Shown here piece after piece: positions 1-6,715 of a DNA stretch of 11,838 nucleotides. Numbering within the stretch: the stretch's first letter is position 1; the number at the start of each line of letters is the position of its first letter. Where the stretch lies: positions 1 through 11,838 of the forward strand of contig JARRQT010000236.1 of the NCBI GenBank assembly GCA_037381445.1, read 5' to 3'. The stretch comes from Calditrichia bacterium. GTDB taxonomy: Bacteria > Calditrichota > Calditrichia > RBG-13-44-9. A model generated the notes under the pieces. The model saw only the letters and a list, made by a program, of their open reading frames with translations. It did no database searches and had not been told where the DNA came from. The position numbers were made by a program, and so were the translations under genes.

Positions 1-329
1 GGAAGTTCCACATTCTCCAGCGCGGAAGTCCGGGCCAGGAGGTTAAATCCCTGGAAGACAAAACCAATCTTCTGGTTCCGGATATCAGCATACTCGTTTT
101 TGCTCATTTTGCTGACGGAATGTCCATCCAGAAAATATTCACCGGAAGTGGGCGTGTCCAGGCAGCCCAGCAGATTCATGAACGTGGATTTGCCGGAACC
201 CGAAGCACCCATGATCGCAAGGAATTCACCGGCACTTACTTCCAGGTCAACCCCCCGCAGCGCGTGGACTGCCACATCCCCCATCTGGAAGGTTTTGATG
301 ATTTGTTTGGTTTGGATTACTGTATTCAC
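1..329 (-). CDS. ABC transporter ATP-binding protein, MacB/LolD-type; N-terminal part, truncated by the window edge
   Basis: Not in the ORF track; translated by hand from GTG at 329: [69 protein letters not shown]...[28 protein letters not shown]. Walker A is GASGSGKS and the Q-loop context [10 protein letters not shown] is typical of this family. Shine-Dalgarno AGGAGA at 339-344 (minus strand). Confidence 0.96.
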   Translation of the reverse strand, partial: [109 protein letters not shown]

Positions 330-366
330 TTGAGGTTATCTCCTAAATTATTGCTTTGTATAACAT

Positions 367-476
367 GCCTGGGGCAAAGCGCATAGTGCATGGCAGATCA
401 GGAATACTCTCTGTTTTTATCTTTGATCTTAACATTGAAATCTCTTGCTCCATGCTTTATGCCCCATGCGCCATGC
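367..476. repeat. Inverted arrays of degenerate 7-nt repeats (consensus about GCATRGN) around a 47-nt spacer
   Basis: Plus strand 367-394: GCCTGGG GCAAAGC GCATAGT GCATGGC. Minus strand 476-442: GCATGGC GCATGGG GCATAAA GCATGGA GCAAGAG. Both arms show strict 7-nt periodicity and point towards each other. Confidence 0.8.
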
Positions 477-1756
477 TAAAACATTCCCCGACGTCCGAAG
501 CCGCGGTTTTGGGTTTCGGTCCTTTTGGAGGCACTTTCCGCCGTTTCCGTACCGGTCACCACTTTTGTTCCTTCCTCCAAATGCCTGCTTCTTACAATTT
601 CTGTCTGGGTGCCATCGGTCATACCAGTCCGCACAATGTCCATGGCCAGTTTCCCATCCTGGTCCAGATACCAGACCTGCGCAATGTTCTTCGGCCGCTG
701 GAAGCCGGAAGCGCCGTTCATGGCAGGACGGTCACCGCCGAAGCCCCTGTTTCCTGCAAAAGCACGCCGTTTTTCCTTCACGGAATCCGGTAACGCCTGA
801 AATTCTTTCTGGCGTTTTTCACGGAATGCAGCAATGATTTTCTCATCCGGCTGAAACCGCAAAGCGGCATTGGGAACGAGCAGCACATTGTTTTTTTCCG
901 AAGTAATAAAATCGACTGTGGCGGTCATTCCGGGAAGCAATATCTTCTCGGGATTGGCGGCCCGGATAACCACCGTGTAAGTAACCACATTGGATTCGGT
1001 TTTGGGCTCCAGGCGGATCTGTTTGACGCTGCCTGTGAAAATTTTGTCGGGATAAGCCTGGACAGTGAAGCGGACCGACTGGCCGTCTTTGATCTGCCCG
1101 ATGTCGCTTTCATCTACATCCGCCAGGATTTCCATTTGCGATAAATCCTCGGCAATTTTAAAAAGCGTGGGCGTGGAAAAACTTGCCGCCACCGTCTGTC
1201 CGGCTTCCACATTCCGCAGCGTGATGGTCCCGGAAATAGGGGCGCGGATCACTGCATATTTTAGATTCCGTTGTGCCCGTTCCAGGGATGCCCTGGCCGA
1301 TTTTATATTGGCGTTCTGTGTCTTTAACGCTGTTTTATACGGAATAAATTCGGCTTCCGAGATCATGCCCTTGTCAAACAATGGTTTGTTCCGATTGTAG
1401 TCGTTTTGGGCCTCTTCCAACTGGGCTTCGGTCTTTTCCAAATTGGCCTGTGCATCCAGCACCTGTGCCTTGAGTAGAACCGTATCCAGTACTGCCAGCA
1501 GTTGTCCCTGTTTCACCTGGTCATTGAAATCAGCGTAAATATGGGCGATGGTGCCGGAAACCTGGGTGCCGACCTCCACCGTCGTCACCGGGCTCAGGGT
1601 TCCGCTGCTGGAAATCGTGCTTTCCAGTCTGCCGCGGGTAATCTGGCTTGTCCGGTAGCTTGGATCCCCGCTGCCGGCGATGGCGCCATAGATCAGCTTT
1701 GCTATAATGAGCAGAATGATGACGCTGCCGGCGCCTAAAAATATTTTCTTTTTCAT
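476..1756 (-). CDS. Efflux periplasmic adaptor (membrane fusion protein), MacA/HlyD-like, 426 aa
   Basis: N-terminal anchor MKKKIFLGAGSVIILLIIAKLIYGAI; lipoyl/hairpin motifs VEVGTQVSGTI, VKQGQLLAVLD, IRAPISGTI, VEAGQTV; LLPGMTATV and NVLLVPNAAL. Start moved from 1882 to ATG 1756, which has GGGAGAG just upstream and avoids overlap with the TolC-family gene. Confidence 0.95.
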   Translation of the reverse strand: MKKKIFLGAGSVIILLIIAKLIYGAIAGSGDPSYRTSQITRGRLESTISSSGTLSPVTTVEVGTQVSGTIAHIYADFNDQVKQGQLLAVLDTVLLKAQVLDAQANLEKTEAQLEEAQNDYNRNKPLFDKGMISEAEFIPYKTALKTQNANIKSARASLERAQRNLKYAVIRAPISGTITLRNVEAGQTVAASFSTPTLFKIAEDLSQMEILADVDESDIGQIKDGQSVRFTVQAYPDKIFTGSVKQIRLEPKTESNVVTYTVVIRAANPEKILLPGMTATVDFITSEKNNVLLVPNAALRFQPDEKIIAAFREKRQKEFQALPDSVKEKRRAFAGNRGFGGDRPAMNGASGFQRPKNIAQVWYLDQDGKLAMDIVRTGMTDGTQTEIVRSRHLEEGTKVVTGTETAESASKRTETQNRGFGRRGMF

Positions 1757-1775
1757 TTTATTCTCTCCCAAATTC

Positions 1776-3131
1776 TTAACTGAAAATTGAAATTGCTTCC
1801 CCAATGGTTCCGCCGTAGTAGTGGACTGCCACGTAGTTGAGAAGCAGATTGTAGTCTGCACTTGCTTTTTGATACGCCGCATTAAAATAATTGGCCCGCA
1901 CCTGGCTCAGTTCGATGTAGGTGGAAGAACCGACCCGGAAACGCTCTTCGGAAATCTTAAGCGCTTCACGCGCATATTCATACTGGGCGTGGGCCGATTC
2001 ACGCTGTTTTACCGCCGTATTGTAATCCAGCAGAGCCTGCTGCACCTGCGAACCGATCTGCAGATTTAAGTCCAGCAAATTGAGATGCTGGTTGGCCAAC
2101 TGGATTTTGCTCTGCTCTACGCCATATTTCGTGGCGAACCGGTCGAATATGGGCAGAGAGAAGGAAAGTCCCACCCGCAGATCAGGATTCTCATCCAGAA
2201 ACTGGTCGGAAAATCCCAGGCCGGCAAATCCGCTGCTGTAATTGGATCCGGCGCTGGCTGATAATGAAATGGTGGGCCAGTAACCGGATTGAGCTGCCCG
2301 TATTTGTGATTCGGCTGCCTGCACCTGATATTCTTGCGCAACTGCATCCAAACGTTCCGCCAGGGCCTCTCGCGGCGATATTTCGGGAGACTGACCAGAG
2401 AATTGCGCTATCAGGGTGTCAATGGGCAGCGATTTGAACTGCAATGGGGAATCGGCCTGTTTCCCCAGAATCTGCAAAAGATTGTAGCGGCTGACTGCAT
2501 AATTGCGCTGTGCCTGCAGAAGCTGTAATTCACTTTGTTTCAGGTCGGTCTGCTGCTGGTAGACATCCACTTTGGAACGGTTTCCCACTTTGGCAAATTC
2601 CTCGATCTGCCTGAGCTGGTCCTGCTGAACTTTCAGATTGTCATTGGCGATACGTATAAATTCGCTGTCCAGCACCACCTGAATGAATTGGGAAACGGTT
2701 CCATATACGATGGACTGCCGGTTCCAGGAATAGCTGGCCGTATCCGATGCCCACCCGTATTTGGCGATATCCAGCCGGGCTACGTCGTAAAAGCCGTTAA
2801 ACAGGTTTATACCGGAATTCAGTGATCCGCTCACCGATTTGCCGCCGGTTCCGGTTTTAGGATAGTTGCTGGAGGCGGAAACGCTTGCGGTGAGATAGGG
2901 CAGAAAATTCGCCTCGGCCTGCTTCACACCGATGCGGTCCGCATAGATCATATTTGTTAATTTCTTCAGGCTGATATTCCCCTCCATGGCCAATTGGATG
3001 GCCTGGGTCAGTGTCAGGGCCGGTGTTTCCTCCGCCCGCAGGCCGCCGGCAAGGACCAGGCCGAGTGCCGCCGCCCACACTATGATGACAGTTTTAGGCA
3101 TGCCGCTTTTTATTTTTCCATACATATTCAT
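1776..3131 (-). CDS. TolC-family outer membrane efflux protein
   Basis: Signal peptide ending LAGGLRA-EE; LTLTQAIQLAMEGN; two OEP-like repeats (ANFLPYLTAS...SGINLFNGF and SGYWPTISLS...FSLPIFDRF); ERFRVGSSTYIEL near the C-terminus. The true start could also be the in-frame ATG at 3125 or 3101. Confidence 0.95.
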   Translation of the reverse strand: MNMYGKIKSGMPKTVIIVWAAALGLVLAGGLRAEETPALTLTQAIQLAMEGNISLKKLTNMIYADRIGVKQAEANFLPYLTASVSASSNYPKTGTGGKSVSGSLNSGINLFNGFYDVARLDIAKYGWASDTASYSWNRQSIVYGTVSQFIQVVLDSEFIRIANDNLKVQQDQLRQIEEFAKVGNRSKVDVYQQQTDLKQSELQLLQAQRNYAVSRYNLLQILGKQADSPLQFKSLPIDTLIAQFSGQSPEISPREALAERLDAVAQEYQVQAAESQIRAAQSGYWPTISLSASAGSNYSSGFAGLGFSDQFLDENPDLRVGLSFSLPIFDRFATKYGVEQSKIQLANQHLNLLDLNLQIGSQVQQALLDYNTAVKQRESAHAQYEYAREALKISEERFRVGSSTYIELSQVRANYFNAAYQKASADYNLLLNYVAVHYYGGTIGEAISIFS

Positions 3132-3162
3132 TTTTCTTTCCCATTATTTCGTTTGTCGCCTG

Positions 3163-3810
3163 CTAAAACGGGCGCTGTCCCATTCGTCCGCCGCGCTGCC
3201 CGCGCCGGTTCATCATCTGTTCCCGCCGTTCCTGCTGGTATTTTTCATACTCTTTTTTCTGGGAATCCGACAGGACTTCTTCGATTTTTTTATCCCTCTC
3301 CTGAAAAATCGACTGCATCTTCGACCGCATTTCCTGGCGGTCGCCTGAACGGTTCTGGCGGAGTTCCTGCATTTGTTCGCGGGCGGAGGCCAGGATGGGT
3401 TCGATCTTTGCCGCCTGTTCATCCGTAAGATTAAGTCGTTCTGTCAGTGTCTCCAGTTCCTGGCCGCTATTCCCGCCGGGTGCCCTGAACTGATCTTTAA
3501 TTGTCTGATATTTCTTCTGCTGGTCGGGGGTGAGGATATTTTCAATCTGTTGACTGGTGCGGTCCCGCAGATCTTTCATGGCGGCCGCGATAGCTTCCTG
3601 ATCTCCCTGGTTTAATTGCCTGATCTGTTTGGTCTCGTTAGCTGCATTGGTCAGAATCAGCCGGACCTGGCCGGTCTGTTCTTCGCTCAAATTCAGGCTG
3701 GTCTTCAATCTTTCTACCCTGCGGTCGATGGGACTTTCTGTCTGCGCGAAGCCGGTTCCGGCCAGCAAAACAATCGTCAGAAAAACGGACAAAACAACAG
3801 CGGTTTTCAT
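3163..3810 (-). CDS. Secreted alpha-helical LTxxQ-motif protein, Spy/CpxP-like, internally duplicated
   Basis: Signal peptide MKTAVVLSVFLTIVLLAGTGFA-Q; four LTxxQ-type motifs (LNLSEEQ, ILTPDQ, LNLTDEQ, VLSDSQ); Q/E/R/M-rich helices; RBS AGGAGA upstream of the ATG. Confidence 0.85.
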   Translation of the reverse strand: MKTAVVLSVFLTIVLLAGTGFAQTESPIDRRVERLKTSLNLSEEQTGQVRLILTNAANETKQIRQLNQGDQEAIAAAMKDLRDRTSQQIENILTPDQQKKYQTIKDQFRAPGGNSGQELETLTERLNLTDEQAAKIEPILASAREQMQELRQNRSGDRQEMRSKMQSIFQERDKKIEEVLSDSQKKEYEKYQQERREQMMNRRGQRGGRMGQRPF

Positions 3811-3900
3811 AGTCTTCTCCTTGGTTTCAATTTTTTAAACATATTTGTATTTGCCGCAATTATTCAATTTTCAACTTCCATGATAAATGTAAAACACGGA

Positions 3901-3938
3901 TGTAACAGTATTATTTTTCAAATGTAAAAAATTGTAAC
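3901..3938. promoter_or_regulatory. Putative transcription-factor site, TGTAACA-N15-TGTAA-N5-TGTAAC (copy 1)
   Basis: TGTAA half-sites at 3901, 3923 and 3933 (an extra one at 3888), about 90 bp upstream of the Spy-like gene start. Same spacing as copy 2 at 7306-7343. Confidence 0.72.
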
Positions 3939-4125
3939 GGGATTGGTGGGAGTATATGAGGTATAAAGGCATAATGTAGAGAAAAATTGGGGGGTGACCT
4001 GCAAATGATTCTTTGCAGAAAGGGAAGACAAAAGTCCTCCGGAGTCAGTTTTAGTCGGCCGCTCAGAAGTGTAATGAGTGAGGCAGAAGCCGAGTGACAA
4101 AAAAGCGAGAATTGCGAAGTGAAGG

Positions 4126-4145
4126 GAATAGAATAGAATAGAATA
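4126..4145 (+). repeat. (GAATA)4 simple sequence repeat
   Basis: GAATA GAATA GAATA GAATA read directly at 4126-4145. Confidence 0.9.
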
Positions 4146-4439
4146 GCTTTGGATCTGGAATATAGCTGCTAGAGCCAATCCCCGTAGGCGAGAGCCGATC
4201 CGATACTCATGGACGCAGGCCCTATAGAAGACATAGCAAAGACAGGTGTCAACCGGGAGCCAGCATCTAAGACAGTATCGAAGTATACAACGGCAAAGCA
4301 ATAACCGACCCATGGAAGAGCTGTTAAGATTGAAGTAGTACCACCTTGAGTACCCCCTTCAATGTAAAGCGAGAAGCGGGAATTATTTGATGGCGCAGCT
4401 TTGGATCGAACCTCCAAAAAAAGGAAGGGACTGTAAATC

Positions 4440-6344
4440 ATGCATCAAGAAACAGATCGTATTCAGGAATTATGGAATAAACCCGATGCCAGAAAAATCT
4501 TGCGGATCTTGCTGGAAAATCTGGCGGAAGGTGTGATAGTAGCTGACCAGAGCGGAAAATTCATTTTCTTCAACTCCGTTGCCGAAAAAATTTTGGGAAT
4601 TGGCTCCCGCGATGTGGCGCCCTCGGAATGGACTTCCCTTTACGGCTGTTTCTATCCCGACCAGAAAACTCCCTATCCCGCCGAGCAATTGCCCCTGGCA
4701 TTGGCTATACAGGGAAAAGAAATCAATGAAGAAGTCATTTTTATAAAAAATCCGGTGCAGGCGAAAGGGATTTATATTTCTGTCTCCGCCAGTCCGTTGA
4801 AAGAGAGCAATGGCCTGGTGAATGGGGGCATTATTATTTTCCGGGATATCACTGAAAGCCTTCGTGCAGAAGCTGCCCGGAAGCAAAGTGAAGAAAGATT
4901 AAGGGCGCAGTTCAGAGGATTACCTATCCCCACTTACGTCTGGCGGCGAATAGGGGACGATTTCTTTCTGGTTGATTTCAATGATGCGGCTTTATCCTTC
5001 ATTGGAGTTAGCATAAAGAAGCTGGCAGGTAGCAGGTTCACCACCCTTTATAAGAATCATGCGGAGGTGCGGGAAGATTTCCGGCGATGTTTTTCCGAAA
5101 AAAGAAAAATAAGCAGGGTAATATCTTATCAAAAGCAAAGCAGTGGGGAGAGGAAAGAGCTTATCGTTACCTATGCTCACATTCCCCCGGACCTGGTAAT
5201 GGTGAATACTGAAGATATCACGGAGCGGAAAAAGACTGAAAAGGAACTGTTGAAGCTTTCCGGGGCGGTGGAGCAAACGGCAGATGGTATTCTAATTACA
5301 AATAGCCAGGGAATTATTGAATATGTCAATCCTGCTTTTACATCAATTACCGGTTACAGCCCAGAGGAAGTCATCGGCCAAAATCCCCGGATACTCAATT
5401 CCGGCAAACAGGATAAGGCATTTTATGATAATCTATGGAAAGCTATTCTCAGCGGAAAGCCTTACCGGACTCGTCTGGTAAACAAGAAGAAAAACGGACA
5501 GCTATTCTGGTGCAATGAGACCATTACGCCCATGAAAGATAAAGAAGGGAAAGTCACTAATTTTGTATCTGTGTTAAAAGATATCTCGGACCAGATGGAG
5601 CAGGAAGAACAAAAAGTGAGAATGAGCGTCGCCCGGGAAATACAGCAGCGTTTATATGAGGTCAATCTGGAAGTTTCCGGTTTCGAGATAGCCGGTGAGA
5701 CGCGTTCGGCTGATAAGACCAGCGGTGACTATTTCGATTATTTCCAAACGCCGGATGGATATATTGAGATAGTAGTTGGTGATGTTTCCGGGCACGGAAT
5801 TGGAGCAGCGCTGATTATGACGGAGACGCGTGCCTATTTGCGGGCATTTGCCGAGACGGATTCGGACCCCGGCACTATCCTTAAACATCTGAACCGGGCC
5901 CTCTATTCCGACATGGATGAGAAGCATTTTGTCACGTTGATTCTGGCGCGGCTCGACGCTTCCCGCCTTCTGATGGATTATGCCAGCGCCGGGCATGTGC
6001 CGGCCTATGTGCTGGATGCTTCCGGTAAGATAAAGTATATTATGGAAAGCACCGGGATTCCCCTGGGTTTCCTTCCGGATTTTGATTTTAGGACGGCCCG
6101 GCCTCTGAAATTGGAGATGCAGGAGATTGTGCTGCTTGTTTCGGATGGCGTCACGGAGGCGAAAAATGGTTCTGATGAAGAATTCGGAAGCAGCCGGGCG
6201 CTGCAAATTATTTCGAAATACCGGCATCAAGTTCCGGACAAGATACTTGCCAAACTTCATCAGGCAGTTTTGTCATTCTCCGATCATCAGCTTCAGAAGG
6301 ATGATATTACTTCCGTTATTTGTAAAGTCCGGGACGCTGCCTGA
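4440..6344 (+). CDS. PAS-PAS-PAS sensor fused to a PP2C/SpoIIE-family Ser/Thr phosphatase (RsbU/RsbP-like), 634 aa
   Basis: Three PAS/PAC units ending in FRDITE, TEDITE and LKDISD. PP2C motifs SGDYFD, VVGDVSGHGIGAAL, YASAGHVP, LVSDGVTEA and KDDITSV. Purine-rich RBS AAGGAAGGGA at 4421-4430. No obvious transmembrane helix, so probably cytoplasmic. Confidence 0.95.
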   Translation: MHQETDRIQELWNKPDARKILRILLENLAEGVIVADQSGKFIFFNSVAEKILGIGSRDVAPSEWTSLYGCFYPDQKTPYPAEQLPLALAIQGKEINEEVIFIKNPVQAKGIYISVSASPLKESNGLVNGGIIIFRDITESLRAEAARKQSEERLRAQFRGLPIPTYVWRRIGDDFFLVDFNDAALSFIGVSIKKLAGSRFTTLYKNHAEVREDFRRCFSEKRKISRVISYQKQSSGERKELIVTYAHIPPDLVMVNTEDITERKKTEKELLKLSGAVEQTADGILITNSQGIIEYVNPAFTSITGYSPEEVIGQNPRILNSGKQDKAFYDNLWKAILSGKPYRTRLVNKKKNGQLFWCNETITPMKDKEGKVTNFVSVLKDISDQMEQEEQKVRMSVAREIQQRLYEVNLEVSGFEIAGETRSADKTSGDYFDYFQTPDGYIEIVVGDVSGHGIGAALIMTETRAYLRAFAETDSDPGTILKHLNRALYSDMDEKHFVTLILARLDASRLLMDYASAGHVPAYVLDASGKIKYIMESTGIPLGFLPDFDFRTARPLKLEMQEIVLLVSDGVTEAKNGSDEEFGSSRALQIISKYRHQVPDKILAKLHQAVLSFSDHQLQKDDITSVICKVRDAA

Positions 6345-6418
6345 GGAATTTGATGGAAAAATGCCGTTTCCGTGCAATGCCTGCTTGGAGATGAACTCTC
6401 AATCGGTGCAGGTCAGGA

Positions 6419-6436
6419 CCTCCTCCCGGGAGGAGG
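6419..6436. repeat. Perfect 18-bp palindrome CCTCCTCCCGGGAGGAGG
   Basis: Self-reverse-complementary; lies 75 bp after the phosphatase stop in a convergent intergenic region. Confidence 0.85.
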
Positions 6437-6510
6437 CAAGGCCGCTGGCCCAATCCACTACGAATATAAATCGGGTCTACTCGACAACCTTGTTACTTAT
6501 CAGCCTATTC

Positions 6511-6558
6511 AACAGGCATAGGACGACTCACAACCGTCGCGATCTATGCCCTCCTGTT
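6511..6558. terminator. Long imperfect hairpin between convergent genes; possible terminator or 3'-end stabiliser
   Basis: GGCATAG (6515-6521) pairs with CTATGCC (6544-6550); inner CGAC (6524-6527) with GTCG (6536-6539); outer AACAGG (6511-6516) with CCTGTT (6553-6558), which competes for 6515-6516. There is no strong U-tract, so a terminator role is uncertain. Confidence 0.4.
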
Positions 6559-6622
6559 TCAAAATCATTAATCTCAAGGTTTCGCTCCCGGTGCGGCATC
6601 AGTCGGAAAGCAGATCGGGCAA

Positions 6623-6715
6623 TTAATCATCTCCGCTGTCCTCTTCCGGCGGCGCGAAGGTGATGGAAACGATTTCGGTCACAGGTATTTCCTGAATTTT
6701 TCCATCAGTTTCAAA
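6623..6715 (-). pseudogene. Out-of-frame C-terminal remainder of the DUF6515-like gene
   Basis: An alternative minus frame reads FETDGKIQEIPVTEIVSITFAPPEEDSGDD* and begins 2 nt after the in-frame ...ADRIYLVDGTT (last codon 6720-6718). Confidence 0.65.

Noticed and set aside
1757..1882. 42-aa N-terminal extension of the adaptor in the ORF track
   Set aside because: It overlaps the 3' end of the TolC-family gene; ATG 1756 has an RBS and places the membrane anchor at the N-terminus.
100..3927. Many plus-strand ORFs (e.g. 100-333, 356-793, 1065-1400, 2986-3348, 3616-3927) and short alternative-frame minus ORFs
   Set aside because: They overlap well-supported minus-strand genes and show no recognisable domain; treated as shadow ORFs.
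4180..4300. c-di-GMP-I riboswitch resemblance (GGACGCA, GGCAAAGC, GNRA loop)
   Set aside because: The fragments are not in the required order or spacing and the P1-P3 stems cannot be built.
4209..4304. Plus-strand 31-aa ORF MDAGPIEDIAKTGVNREPASKTVSKYTTAKQ as a possible leader peptide
   Set aside because: No well-spaced Shine-Dalgarno, no amino-acid enrichment and no homology evidence; an ORF this short is expected by chance.
4338..4347. T-box-like AAGGTGGTAC on the minus strand
   Set aside because: No stem I or terminator/antiterminator architecture, and no amino-acid-related gene downstream.
4021..4400. Recurring AAGACA and CATGGA words as a degenerate CRISPR or tandem array
   Set aside because: Only 6-mers with irregular spacing; no 23-47 nt repeat and no cas genes.
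3989..4415. tmRNA or tRNA resemblance: GGGGGGTGA at 3989 (plus) and GGAGGTTCGATCC at 4403-4415 (minus)
   Set aside because: The two pieces are on opposite strands, the T-loop-like sequence lacks its closing stem, and no acceptor stem or CCA end is present.
3918..4441. Minus-strand ORFs 3918-4313 (131 aa, Cys/Leu-rich) and 4169-4441 (90 aa)
   Set aside because: This strand is A-poor here, so stop codons are rare and hydrophobic or Cys codons common. No RBS or domain is evident, the two overlap each other, and one runs into the putative regulatory motif.
6408..6445. SRP RNA-like GTCAGGACC...GGCAAGGCCGC
   Set aside because: Lacks the conserved GGAA tetraloop and AGCAG internal loop of SRP helix 8.
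6127..6663. Plus-strand 178-aa ORF overlapping the phosphatase 3' end
   Set aside because: Out-of-frame overlap with the PP2C domain and no recognisable features.
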